This document shows positions 42,087-50,751 of a stretch of 64,000 nucleotides of DNA, in pieces (the stretch's first letter is position 1; the number at the start of each line of letters is the position of its first letter). A program made the position numbers and the translations under genes. Location: contig CAZQDR010000003.1 of NCBI GenBank assembly GCA_964591715.1, positions 269-64,268 on the forward strand. Reading direction: 5' to 3'. Under the pieces are notes generated by a model, which searched no databases, had not been told where the DNA came from, and saw only the letters and a list, made by a program, of their open reading frames with translations. Origin of the DNA: an uncultured Candidatus Saccharibacteria bacterium (lineage in GTDB: Bacteria > Patescibacteriota > Minisyncoccia > Phycocordibacterales > JACOZG01).

Positions 42087-42632
42087 TTAAATCTTTTTCA
42101 CTTGCAAGAAGTCAATTTCAACCGGCGTTTCGCGGCCGAACATTGAGACGAGCACCTTAACCTTACCGCGATCGTCGTCAATCTCGCTAACCTTGCCCTC
42201 CATATCCTTAAATGGACCGTCCACAATCTGCACCGCCTCACCGTTAACCAGGTCAATATTGTGCTTAACTTGGTCATTACCCATGCGAGAGAAGAGTATG
42301 TCTACCTCAGCGCGATCAAGCGGCACCGGGACCACTCCCGCACCAACGAAGCCAGTGACTCGAGGCGTGTTACGCACCACGTACCAAGAGTCGTCGGTTA
42401 CAATCATATCCACTAGCACGTAGCCAGGGTAAATCTTCTCCTCCACCGTCACGCGCTTACCACCCTTAACCTTTACCTTCTTCTCCATCGGCACAATGAC
42501 ATTAAAAATCTTGTTCGACATGTCGAGCGATTCAATGCGTTGCTTTAAGTTGCGGGCAACCGCGTTCTCATAGCCAGCGTAGGTGTGAATGGCGTACCAA
42601 TTGCGTTCCTGTTGTAACTCTTGCTTGCTCAT
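42087..42632 (-). CDS. nusG: Transcription termination/antitermination factor NusG
   Basis: WYAIHTYAGYENAV NGN start and a C-terminal KOW GEAVQIVDGPFKDMEGKV. Confidence 0.9.
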   Translation of the reverse strand: MSKQELQQERNWYAIHTYAGYENAVARNLKQRIESLDMSNKIFNVIVPMEKKVKVKGGKRVTVEEKIYPGYVLVDMIVTDDSWYVVRNTPRVTGFVGAGVVPVPLDRAEVDILFSRMGNDQVKHNIDLVNGEAVQIVDGPFKDMEGKVSEIDDDRGKVKVLVSMFGRETPVEIDFLQVKKI

Positions 42633-42645
42633 AGAAGATTAAAAA

Positions 42646-42822
42646 TTAGATGACTAATTTCAGGAGGGCGCTGAATAAGGCGTCGAAGAAGCCGAGCAAA
42701 AAGGCTACGGCGAGCGACATAATAATGACTGTTGCCGTAAAAACCACGGTTTGGCGGCGGGTCGGCCAGCTAACGTGCTTTAGTTCGGCTTTGGTTTCCG
42801 TAAGATAGGTGGTGAGATTCAT
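42646..42822 (-). CDS. secE: Preprotein translocase subunit SecE (58 aa; absent from the ORF track)
   Basis: Translated by hand: MNLTTYLTETKAELKHVSWPTRRQTVVFTATVIIMSLAVAFLLGFFDALFSALLKLVI. Standard secE-nusG-rplK gene order. Confidence 0.7.
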   Translation of the reverse strand: MNLTTYLTETKAELKHVSWPTRRQTVVFTATVIIMSLAVAFLLGFFDALFSALLKLVI

Positions 42823-42881
42823 AGTCTTGGTTTAAATGGGTTAGTTCTTATTCAAAAAAACGCCCCCCGGGCTTGCCTACC

Positions 42882-42909
42882 ATCTTACCCTAAACCAAAG
42901 CTTTGTCAA
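42882..42909 (-). promoter_or_regulatory. Sigma70-type promoter TTGACA-16-TAAGAT upstream of secE
   Basis: -35 at 42904-42909 and -10 at 42882-42887. Confidence 0.45.
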
Positions 42910-42928
42910 CCCAAAAATGAGGTTAAAA

Positions 42929-43768
42929 TCAGATTAAATACGAGAGCACCACCGCCAATAACACCGAAGCGCCAGCCGTCGAGAGATTGCGCCAGCGGAA
43001 CCAGCCCTGGGGTGAGCGACTCTCGACCTCGTCCGTCTTTAAAAACTGGCGAATAATATGCTCCAAATCATGGGGACTCTCCACCGTTTCGAGAGTGGTC
43101 CCCCGCGCCACCGAGATCGTGCGCTTCTCCTCCGAGAGCACGATCGCCAGAGCGTCGGTGCGCTCGGTAATCCCGAGCGCCGCGCGGTGGCGCGTACCCG
43201 AATTGGCAAAAAATTTAAAATTGTCCGCCAGCGGCAAATGCACGCCAAAGGATTTAATCACCCCCTGCTCAATAATAATGGCGCCATCGTGACCTGGTGA
43301 ACTCGGGTCAAAAATACTTAAAATCAGCGGCACCGAAGGCGTCCCACCCAAACTAAAGCCACCCTGGGTCAGTGTTTCGAGCGGATAGTCTCCTGCTAAA
43401 ACAATCAGGGCGCCTATTTTGCGCTTCGCCATTTCTCGACACGCCTCCACGATTATCGCGGGGATTTCCGCCACCGCATTAGCGCCAGACCCCAGCCAAC
43501 GCCGGCGCGTGGGAAAGGTCAGCCAGTCAAAGAAGCGACGAATTTCCTTTTGGAACACCACCACAAACACCACCACAAAGGAGGTCAGGAGGGGTTGAAA
43601 TAATTCGCGAGTCAAAACGAGATCTAGCTTATAGGCCACAAAGTTAATCGTCGTTAGAACGGCGATCATACTTAACACCACAAAGGACCGCGTTTGGCGG
43701 ATGAAGACCAGGACTAAATAGATTAAAAAGGCGACTAGTAAAACATCAAGCAGATTTTTCAGTTCCAT
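42929..43768 (-). CDS. cdaA: Diadenylate cyclase CdaA (DisA_N domain)
   Basis: Three N-terminal TM helices, GALIVLAGD, DGAIIIE, and GTRHRAALGITERTDALAIVLSEE. Confidence 0.85.
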   Translation of the reverse strand: MELKNLLDVLLVAFLIYLVLVFIRQTRSFVVLSMIAVLTTINFVAYKLDLVLTRELFQPLLTSFVVVFVVVFQKEIRRFFDWLTFPTRRRWLGSGANAVAEIPAIIVEACREMAKRKIGALIVLAGDYPLETLTQGGFSLGGTPSVPLILSIFDPSSPGHDGAIIIEQGVIKSFGVHLPLADNFKFFANSGTRHRAALGITERTDALAIVLSEEKRTISVARGTTLETVESPHDLEHIIRQFLKTDEVESRSPQGWFRWRNLSTAGASVLLAVVLSYLI

Positions 43769-43955
43769 CGCGGCGTTTTTTTGGTTTAAAAATTTTCAGA
43801 AATCCCAGCGCTTGGCGCACCTCCCCCACCAACTCATGCAAGTCGCGCATCATCTTGGCGGCGTAAGTTAAAATGATTACCCACAAAATAATTACTGCCG
43901 TCATCCCTACCGCCATTACCACGAGCAAGGTATTGGAAAGAGCGAAATTAGTCAT
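43746..43955 (-). CDS. Small membrane protein overlapping the cdaA start
   Basis: One TM helix (LLVVMAVGMTAVIILWVIILTY). The -10-like TAGTAT lies 6 nt upstream of the ATG. Confidence 0.4.
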   Translation of the reverse strand: MTNFALSNTLLVVMAVGMTAVIILWVIILTYAAKMMRDLHELVGEVRQALGFLKIFKPKKRRDGTEKSA

Positions 43956-43996
43956 AACTGTATACTAAACTGTTTTGTTAAATTTTCCAATTAAAT

Positions 43997-44029
43997 TAAA
44001 AAGGCCCGCCACTCAAATAGTAGCGGGCC
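43997..44029 (-). terminator. Intrinsic terminator after csrA
   Basis: GGCCCGC...GCGGGCC hairpin followed by TTTTTAATTT on the minus strand. Confidence 0.7.
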
Positions 44030-44049
44030 CACCTCCCCATTGGATCAAG

Positions 44050-44304
44050 TCACGCCTTCTTTGTGTTGGCGGCGGCTTTGTCTTTCGGGGCGCCGGCGAC
44101 ATTGGCAATGTCCTCCGGCTTGACGCTCGCGGCGGCGCGATTCTCGCGCTTGATGGCCTCGTACACCTCTTTGCGATGCACGGGGACTTCGCTTGGAGCA
44201 CTGATCCCGAGGCGAACTTTGTCGCCTCGAACATCAACAACCGTGATCTCGATGTCATCTCCGATCATGATTGTCTGATCTCGTTGGCGTGATAACACCA
44301 GCAT
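44050..44304 (-). CDS. csrA: Carbon storage regulator CsrA
   Basis: MLVLSRQRDQTIMIGDDIEITVVDVRGDKVRLGISAPSEVPVHRKEVYE. Confidence 0.88.
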   Translation of the reverse strand: MLVLSRQRDQTIMIGDDIEITVVDVRGDKVRLGISAPSEVPVHRKEVYEAIKRENRAAASVKPEDIANVAGAPKDKAAANTKKA

Positions 44305-44412
44305 GACGACAAGACTCCCTTCTTGGTTAGGGGTGCTTCAAGCACCCACCCCAGCGCGACTATAACGAACAACGCTACCGCCTTTGTAGCACTTTCAAAT
44401 TATTTTGTCAAT

Positions 44413-44446
44413 AAAAAAGCCGGCAGATTGCGCATATCCGCCGGCT
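44413..44446 (-). terminator. Intrinsic terminator after the 44474-45118 gene
   Basis: GCCGGC...GCCGGC hairpin followed by T6 on the minus strand. Confidence 0.65.
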
Positions 44447-44473
44447 TCACACTTCACCGCACGATTTCCCTAT

Positions 44474-45118
44474 TTACTCCTGGGAATAAGGCTCGAAGGT
44501 CAGTCGAACTCCCGGTCCCCGAACGGCCCGCTGGACCGAGACTCTCATGACGGAATCGAAGCCGTTCTTGCCCCGGCGTTGACCGAGGAAGAAGGCCCGA
44601 CCGATGTCGATGACGACATAATCATCGGACTTCGAGGCCGCGTTGCCGAAGAATGAGCGCGGCGGACCTTCGAACAAGGCATCGCCAAATTCAGTCGTCT
44701 CCGCGGGAGCGAATTTGATCTCGACCCGCGGCTTCGTGTGGGGCAAGATGTCACCCAACCAAATCTGGCCCGCCAGCCCTTCAACCAGGGGCGGTACAGC
44801 CACGCGAGCGCCCCGCCCAACATCGAAAATGGTTGGGGCTGTCTGGTCGGTCTTCGCTGCCAACCTAGCCACTTTCCGTGCTTTCGCCACTGCCGTTGTC
44901 ATAGTAATCAATCCCTGTCCTTGGAAATTCGTCGATCCTACCAAGTGGAAACGATCTTCGTTCCGCACCTGATCCCTATTAAGAACCCCGAGCAAACAAT
45001 TAACTAGTCCTTCTATTCGCTCTGGGCTCTCATACACTCGGCTCATAGCCTCAAGCCGAGATATTTCGGGCTGTCTTGCCGCATCCGTGACAAGACGTAA
45101 TACTCCTTTTTTAGCCAA
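44474..45118 (-). CDS. Hypothetical 214-aa protein (TTG start)
   Basis: AGGAGG lies 4 nt upstream of the TTG. I recognise no motif. It has its own terminator. Confidence 0.55.
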   Translation of the reverse strand: MAKKGVLRLVTDAARQPEISRLEAMSRVYESPERIEGLVNCLLGVLNRDQVRNEDRFHLVGSTNFQGQGLITMTTAVAKARKVARLAAKTDQTAPTIFDVGRGARVAVPPLVEGLAGQIWLGDILPHTKPRVEIKFAPAETTEFGDALFEGPPRSFFGNAASKSDDYVVIDIGRAFFLGQRRGKNGFDSVMRVSVQRAVRGPGVRLTFEPYSQE

Positions 45119-45233
45119 AGTACCTCCTTGTACCGGCGATGACCCCCTTTAAGAACAACGCGGGAAAAATCCTCCTTTCGTTAGATAAAAATGAACTATT
45201 TGGGCTTATTAAGATATACGCCTAATCTTTAAC

Positions 45234-46247
45234 TTAGTCAACCAAAACCGGGTAACTAGCCTTAAGCTCAGCAATAATTTTACGCTTTGCCTCCTCAAGC
45301 GGTAGGTGCAAATAGGCTCCAATTGCCGCCCGGTGACCGCCACCACCAATAGCTACAGCAAACTTAGTTAAATCAAAAACTTTGGCGTCACGAGTCCGGG
45401 CGCTTAATTTAATCACCCCTGGCTCCCATTCAAAAATCGTGAGCCCAATGTCCCAACCCGAGACTGATTTTAAAATATTAGCGATGGTCACCCCCTTGGC
45501 ATCATTCTCTTTAATCATTGCTCCCTTGAGTCGCTCATGCGGTAAGACCGAGAGCGCAACGCGACCACCGCAACAGACCTCGATTGAGCTTAAGGCTAAC
45601 GCCTGGAAGTAAATTGATCCCGGCGTATTATTATTTTCTAGTTTAAAAATCAGACTGGAATAATCTGGAGCGAGCGCCGCCAGACGCGAGGCTACCGCCA
45701 AGGTCCGACTAGTCGTCGCTTGATACTTAAAACCGCCAGTGTCGGTATAAATGCCGAGCAAAAAACACAAAGCGCTTTCCCGATCAAGTGGCCAGACCAG
45801 CGTCTCGGCTAATTCGGTCAGCATTTCGGCCGTCGCAGCATAGGTACTATCCACCCAGTTAAGCGTGGCGAATTGCGTTGTCGTCAAATGATGATCAATC
45901 AAAATCGTCGTCATGGTGTCGGGAAAGCTAACTAGTCCAAGCGTCGAGATCCGATCCAAACCCCCGCTGTCGAGCACAATAAATAAATCGTAATCGGCCG
46001 GATTAAGCTCGAGATAATTTTTAGCCACCACCAGTTCGCCACCAGGCAAGAATTGGGCAAAATCCGGAATCGGTGAATCCCCCTTTATCACCGTCACCTC
46101 CTTACCTAGATTGCGCAATACGTGCGCCAATCCCAAGGCACTGCCATAACTGTCCGGATCGGGACTGGGGTGACAGTGGAGCAAAATATGTCTTGAGCGC
46201 TCAACCGCCGTTTTGATTTCTTGGGCTTTAACCGCCAATTCATTCAT
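45234..46247 (-). CDS. DHH/DHHA1 phosphoesterase (NrnA-like)
   Basis: HCHPSPDPDSYGSALGL, VLDSGG, IDHH, and GGGHRAAIG. The start at MNELAV is uncertain. Confidence 0.75.
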   Translation of the reverse strand: MNELAVKAQEIKTAVERSRHILLHCHPSPDPDSYGSALGLAHVLRNLGKEVTVIKGDSPIPDFAQFLPGGELVVAKNYLELNPADYDLFIVLDSGGLDRISTLGLVSFPDTMTTILIDHHLTTTQFATLNWVDSTYAATAEMLTELAETLVWPLDRESALCFLLGIYTDTGGFKYQATTSRTLAVASRLAALAPDYSSLIFKLENNNTPGSIYFQALALSSIEVCCGGRVALSVLPHERLKGAMIKENDAKGVTIANILKSVSGWDIGLTIFEWEPGVIKLSARTRDAKVFDLTKFAVAIGGGGHRAAIGAYLHLPLEEAKRKIIAELKASYPVLVD

Positions 46248-46445
46248 GCCTCCTATAGTAGCATCATTAGTCCCCATTATTAAGCCAAGAAATAAACCCA
46301 TGTCTATCCGCAATTATTTTTTAAGTTTAGTGGATGCTATTCTGGCTCGCCTCGACAGTCAAATTGAAGGGCTAAATCATTCACATTTTGCTCATTAATC
46401 CAAGGCACACTTAAAACTATTATTAATTAATTTTGATTAAATTTT

Positions 46446-46700
46446 ATGGCCACCATCATCAACACCCCAGCGAGAGCGAGCAGCGAGGAGAACGCCTGGG
46501 GAATTGTGCTCGCGGTAGTAGTTTTGGTCTTACTGGCGTTCTTCTTCTTTTCGTATTTGCTCCCAACGATGCGGGCTAATGCCCCAGCCGCTCCCGCCGC
46601 TACTCCTAGCACCCCGAGCGCCAGCATTAATGTTGAGCTACCAACGCCCGTTCAACCTCAGAGTCCAACTCCGGCTCCAACCAACGGCACAGTTCAATAA
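46446..46700 (+). CDS. Possible small membrane protein with a Pro-rich tail
   Basis: TM helix WGIVLAVVVLVLLAFFFFSYLL followed by a PAAPAATPSTPS tail. It competes with an antisense ORF. Confidence 0.35.
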   Translation: MATIINTPARASSEENAWGIVLAVVVLVLLAFFFFSYLLPTMRANAPAAPAATPSTPSASINVELPTPVQPQSPTPAPTNGTVQ

Positions 46701-47926
46701 ACTTCGCCCCAAAACGGCAGTGGTAATCGCCGATTCATCGACCCGCCTCTGGCGGGTCGATGTTGTTTAGCCACCAAACTCGAGGCTAAAAATACCGCCG
46801 CGGTGCCGCGATCACAGTGGAGGCGATCAACTATTTGATAGAGTTCCCGCGCTTGGTCACCACGGCAACTGTCGCCAAAAAGGTCCAATTGCGCTGGCGA
46901 TCGATCTCTAAAATGACTCAGCGTTACCCCGGTACTTCGATAACGGCAACCAGAGCGATACCAACGCAAACAGTAGCGAGAGGCCAGCGTCACCAACTCT
47001 CCTGGTTCAACAATTGGTCGCTCAAGCCTAAGCTCAAAAGAGTGGTAACGAAAGTCTTGGGTTTTAAAAAAGAAAAACACATGACATGGCTCCAACTCGT
47101 AGGCCCGGGCCTCTCGGCAAGCCGCTTCAATGTTTTTAGACAAATGAGACAAGAGAAAAGAAAGTTCCGTGGTGGGTGGAGTAAAAGTGCCGGTCCGACT
47201 AATCGAGCCATAGCTCTCCCGACCAACTGTTCCCACTAACTTAACCGCCTTGCCGCCCAACTCCAACCACAACTCATAGTAGGGTTGGGCAAAATGCTCC
47301 CGCACCCACCACTCGGGCTTAGCGGCAAATTGAGCGGCCGTCTTTAACCCCAGAGCCGCCAGCGCCCGAGTGGTCCGCGGTCCAATACCCCAAACTTTAC
47401 CCAAGGCTAATTGCTGCAAGATTTCCAGACGATTGGTCTCATCCATTATCACTAAGCCCGAGGGCTTACGCCACTTCGAGGCCACTTTTGCCAAAACTTT
47501 AGTTTCCGCCAGGCCCAAAGAGAAGGTGGTATTCAATTCCCGCTCTAGAGCATTTTTAATTTCCGCCACTAAGGCTCGGTAGTCCAAGCGCCGCGGCAAC
47601 TGCCAACCAGTAAGATCAGCAAAACACTCATCAATACTGTACTCCTCAACCACAGGGGTATAGCGACGAACAATCGCATACATCCGCCGAGCGTAACTTC
47701 GATAGAGCTCGTAGTCAGAGGGCAAAATAACTACTTCCGGATAACGGCGTCGGATTTGGAACACTGGCATCCCCCGCGTCACACCTAAAGCCTTGGCTTC
47801 ATAACTAAGAGCCGCAGCTATCCCCCGATCTTGGCCGACCACCACTGGTTTACCGCGCAAAGACGGGTCACGAGAAATTTCACACCCAGCGAAAAAGGCA
47901 TCACCATCAACATGCAAAATAGGCAT
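46694..47926 (-). CDS. Y-family DNA polymerase (DinB/UmuC-like)
   Basis: ILHVDGDAFFAGCE, YSIDECFADLTG, and the HhH region VWGIGPRT. Confidence 0.85.
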   Translation of the reverse strand: MPILHVDGDAFFAGCEISRDPSLRGKPVVVGQDRGIAAALSYEAKALGVTRGMPVFQIRRRYPEVVILPSDYELYRSYARRMYAIVRRYTPVVEEYSIDECFADLTGWQLPRRLDYRALVAEIKNALERELNTTFSLGLAETKVLAKVASKWRKPSGLVIMDETNRLEILQQLALGKVWGIGPRTTRALAALGLKTAAQFAAKPEWWVREHFAQPYYELWLELGGKAVKLVGTVGRESYGSISRTGTFTPPTTELSFLLSHLSKNIEAACREARAYELEPCHVFFFFKTQDFRYHSFELRLERPIVEPGELVTLASRYCLRWYRSGCRYRSTGVTLSHFRDRSPAQLDLFGDSCRGDQARELYQIVDRLHCDRGTAAVFLASSLVAKQHRPARGGSMNRRLPLPFWGEVY

Positions 47927-47929
47927 CGC

Positions 47930-48499
47930 TTAACGATACTTACGTACCACTGCCGTTACAACAGCGGCAATTTTTAAATCATGCTCCGGATAAATCGGTT
48001 TGTAGTTTTTATTGGCGGGTTCTAGGTAAGCGCGAATCCCTTGGCGGCGGTAATACTTCATTGTCCAGCCGCCATCAATCTCGGCAATCACAATGTCACC
48101 CTCATGAGGAGTCCGGCCGCGTTCCACCAACACCATGTCACCCTCCTGAATGCCAGCATCAATCATGGAGTCGCCTTTTACCTCAAGCATGTAAGTCGCC
48201 TCTTTATTATTGATTAGATAATCATCTAAGCTTACTGTATCCAACACGTGCTCCTCAGCGATGGTGGGGAAACCAGCCTCCACCAAACCCAAAACTGGCA
48301 CCTCGCCAAACAACTTCAGCGGAATCAGTCGGCCGGTGCTATCTTTAGACAACATCCCCTCCTCGATTAATTTGTGGACCAGTTTAAAAGCGGCGTTTTT
48401 AGATTTGAAACCGCAGAGCGTCATGATCTCCTGATAGCTCGGCATGCGCTTGTGGCGTTGATAGAAGCCAATGATTTTATCTTTATAGCGATTCATCAT
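47930..48499 (-). CDS. lexA: LexA-type repressor (wHTH plus S24 peptidase)
   Basis: N-terminal wHTH PSYQEIMTLCGFKSKNAAFKLVHKL, a cleavage-site-like VEAGFP, the catalytic GDSM, and the Lys in TMKYY. Confidence 0.8.
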   Translation of the reverse strand: MMNRYKDKIIGFYQRHKRMPSYQEIMTLCGFKSKNAAFKLVHKLIEEGMLSKDSTGRLIPLKLFGEVPVLGLVEAGFPTIAEEHVLDTVSLDDYLINNKEATYMLEVKGDSMIDAGIQEGDMVLVERGRTPHEGDIVIAEIDGGWTMKYYRRQGIRAYLEPANKNYKPIYPEHDLKIAAVVTAVVRKYR

Positions 48500-48642
48500 A
48501 CCCGGGCCAACTTACTTAGTAATTGCTTGTGGCGGCGAGCCTCGACGCGGTAATCTTGACCGCGCAGAATCTTTTGATCGATCAGACGATTAAGCCAGTT
48601 AATCTCAACCTTGATGATGCTAACCATTTGCGTGCGACTCAT
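48496..48642 (-). CDS. Small 48-aa protein, first gene of the lexA operon
   Basis: The ATG lies 6 nt after -10 TATCAT (leaderless geometry). Its stop overlaps the lexA ATGATG. Confidence 0.4.
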   Translation of the reverse strand: MSRTQMVSIIKVEINWLNRLIDQKILRGQDYRVEARRHKQLLSKLARV

Positions 48643-48648
48643 GCTTAT

Positions 48649-48677
48649 ATGATAGGTGAACGATCGTTTACCGTCAA
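48649..48677 (-). promoter_or_regulatory. Promoter TTGACG-17-TATCAT with an embedded Cheo-type SOS box
   Basis: The plus-strand GAACGATCGTTT at 48658-48669 matches GAAC-N4-GTTC in 11 of 12 positions and sits inside the spacer. Confidence 0.55.
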
Positions 48678-48708
48678 GCACTCTTCCTGGGGATAACTCG
48701 GTTTTAGC

Positions 48709-49899
48709 CTAGGCTTGGGGCTCGGGTGCCACCGCAACTTGCGGAAAAAAGTGAGCAATGATCTGAGGCAGCAAGCTTAGTATCACCAAAAGCAACAACG
48801 CCGCCAAATAGCGAAAATCAACGACCAAGTATTTTAAAGCCGGAATAGCGGTCGACAAATACGGTAAGTAGGCGAGAAAAGAAACCAGGAGAACGGCAGC
48901 GGGCACATGCCATTGGCGCGGATAATAGTAAACGTATAACACAGATAAGACATCCGCTAAATAGAAGTAACGCTCGTGCATCCGCGGCAACAGGAACGGA
49001 ATCACGATCACGCAAAACAAACTGATTAAAACCGCCCGAGGAGCAGTTAAACTCTCCCGACTCCGCCGCAACAATACGACCAGCGCCAGAGCCGCAATCG
49101 CTGCCACCACAACCCCACTAAACACCGCCAGCGAACGAGTGCCCTCGGTCAAAGTTAGACGCTCAATAAAAGCGTAAACGGTTGGCGCCGACAAAACTAA
49201 GGCTTGATACTCATTAGCCTGATTGGCGTAGACTAATAATAATTCTGAAAACGATCCCCCACCGAGCCAGGCTGGCAACACCGAAAGAACATAGATCAAG
49301 GGAATTAAAAATAAGTACAGCCATCGACCCCGCGCTCGCAAAAGATAACCCGCCAGAACGGGCAAGAAAAATAGACTTTGAACTTTAAAACAAAAGCTGA
49401 TCGCAAAGGCCAACGTTGCCCCGAGCGGCTTATCGCGAATAATCAACCACAGGCTAAGTAAAACAAAGGTGGCGTAGAGCGAGTCGGACTGACCCCAGAG
49501 GGCGCTATTAATAATGACGGTGGGGAGTGCCAGCACGGATGCAAAAACCAAGCTCTTTTTTTGCGCGATAATAGCCGCCAAAGAGGCTAAAACAAGATCA
49601 AAAATCACCGAAAGAGTCTTGAGACTCACCAAGCTGTCCACTGGCAACCAGGTCAAAACTTTGATCAGGTAAAGATATAGCGGAGCATAATTGGAAAACG
49701 GGGTTTGGAAGGCACTCAATCCGGGAGCTGAGGCTAGGGCAGAGAACCAAGGTTGCAAAAAATACCGATAGTCATCAGTGGTAACCGGATAAGCCATAAC
49801 TCTCACCAACAGCGCCAAGACGACAATAATTAGTGACGCCCAAAAGGCGTAGCGCCAAGCCCGTTGCTCAAGGCCAGGTTTAATAGAAGCCGGGGGCAT
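48709..49899 (-). CDS. Polytopic membrane glycosyltransferase (GT-C fold, DUF2029/mannosyltransferase-like)
   Basis: About 11 TM helices and a DD motif in the first loop (TTDDYRYFLQPW). Confidence 0.5.
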   Translation of the reverse strand: MPPASIKPGLEQRAWRYAFWASLIIVVLALLVRVMAYPVTTDDYRYFLQPWFSALASAPGLSAFQTPFSNYAPLYLYLIKVLTWLPVDSLVSLKTLSVIFDLVLASLAAIIAQKKSLVFASVLALPTVIINSALWGQSDSLYATFVLLSLWLIIRDKPLGATLAFAISFCFKVQSLFFLPVLAGYLLRARGRWLYLFLIPLIYVLSVLPAWLGGGSFSELLLVYANQANEYQALVLSAPTVYAFIERLTLTEGTRSLAVFSGVVVAAIAALALVVLLRRSRESLTAPRAVLISLFCVIVIPFLLPRMHERYFYLADVLSVLYVYYYPRQWHVPAAVLLVSFLAYLPYLSTAIPALKYLVVDFRYLAALLLLVILSLLPQIIAHFFPQVAVAPEPQA

Positions 49900-49949
49900 T
49901 TACCCATTCTCAGCTATAAGCTTAGAGATTTGATGAAGACAATCTGGGA

Positions 49950-50273
49950 CTAGCGGGGACGGGTGGTCGTAGCCAAAGGCTGAGCCACGGTGAAGGTGTA
50001 GCGATCATCCAGAGCTGGTCCCATCATTAAAGTAGGGGTCCGACTCCATTGGCGTCCAGGATAATCGCTGCTGTGCTCAATCCAACCCTTCATTTCTCCC
50101 ACCTGGAGACCAAGCGAGAAAATCATCACCACCACAATTAATCCTAAAATCCAGCGCGTGATTGGTGCGGAACCATAATAATTTTGGTGACCACATTTAC
50201 AACCGCAATTACACTGGCAACCACCACACTCCGCCAAAGGAATCATCTTTGTTTCTTCTTTGGTGCTTTTCAT
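49950..50273 (-). CDS. Small membrane protein with an N-terminal Cys cluster
   Basis: CGGCQCNCGCKCGH followed by one TM helix. The start is uncertain. Confidence 0.45.
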   Translation of the reverse strand: MKSTKEETKMIPLAECGGCQCNCGCKCGHQNYYGSAPITRWILGLIVVVMIFSLGLQVGEMKGWIEHSSDYPGRQWSRTPTLMMGPALDDRYTFTVAQPLATTTRPR

Positions 50274-50728
50274 TACACCAGTATAGTACTGAGCACGTAC
50301 AAGAGCAACGCTAACAAGAAAAATTTATAGTAGGAAAAAGGAACACCAAACACCCAGCGACTATGCCACGGCACATTACTCTTGGTAAAACGAAAGAACC
50401 CGTAGTGGGGATTTAGTACAAACCATAAAAAATCTTCCACCAGCCAAAACAAAAAGAACATCGCTAAAATCTTTAGCTCAAAAGCCAAGGTCCAAGGAAT
50501 ACCTGCGACAAATGGAAAATGGAAAAACAATCCCACCAGCATACCCAAATAAAAATGGTAGCCGGTTAAGGGATGGTAAGCGTCACCAAGAACAAACGAG
50601 GTAACAATATTACTAACGCGCCAGGTTGGTAGTTGGCCAGCCCAGCCGTTTTTGCCTTCAATTTGAATTTCCAACTTCGCTAGAACAGCCGAAATCAGAA
50701 TCGTAAAAATGAATAAGCCAATATCCAC
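50273..50728 (-). CDS. Integral membrane protein
   Basis: Four hydrophobic helices and tight coupling to its neighbours. Confidence 0.5.
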   Translation of the reverse strand: MDIGLFIFTILISAVLAKLEIQIEGKNGWAGQLPTWRVSNIVTSFVLGDAYHPLTGYHFYLGMLVGLFFHFPFVAGIPWTLAFELKILAMFFLFWLVEDFLWFVLNPHYGFFRFTKSNVPWHSRWVFGVPFSYYKFFLLALLLYVLSTILV

Positions 50729-50751
50729 ACCCTAAGTATACCCCGTTTTTA

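Noticed and set aside
42853-42872. A GCCCGGGGGGC hairpin plus T7 inside the putative secE leader, considered as an attenuator.
   Set aside because: The stem is only 4 bp with a 3-nt loop. It may simply be the terminator of cdaA, in which case the nearby promoter call would be wrong. It is left unannotated.
46427-46627. A 66-aa minus-strand ORF overlapping the 46446-46700 plus-strand ORF.
   Set aside because: Only one of the two can be real. The plus-strand product has a cleaner TM helix plus Pro-rich tail. The minus-strand product is Ala/Lys/Thr low-complexity. Neither has a good SD, so the plus-strand call is itself low-confidence.
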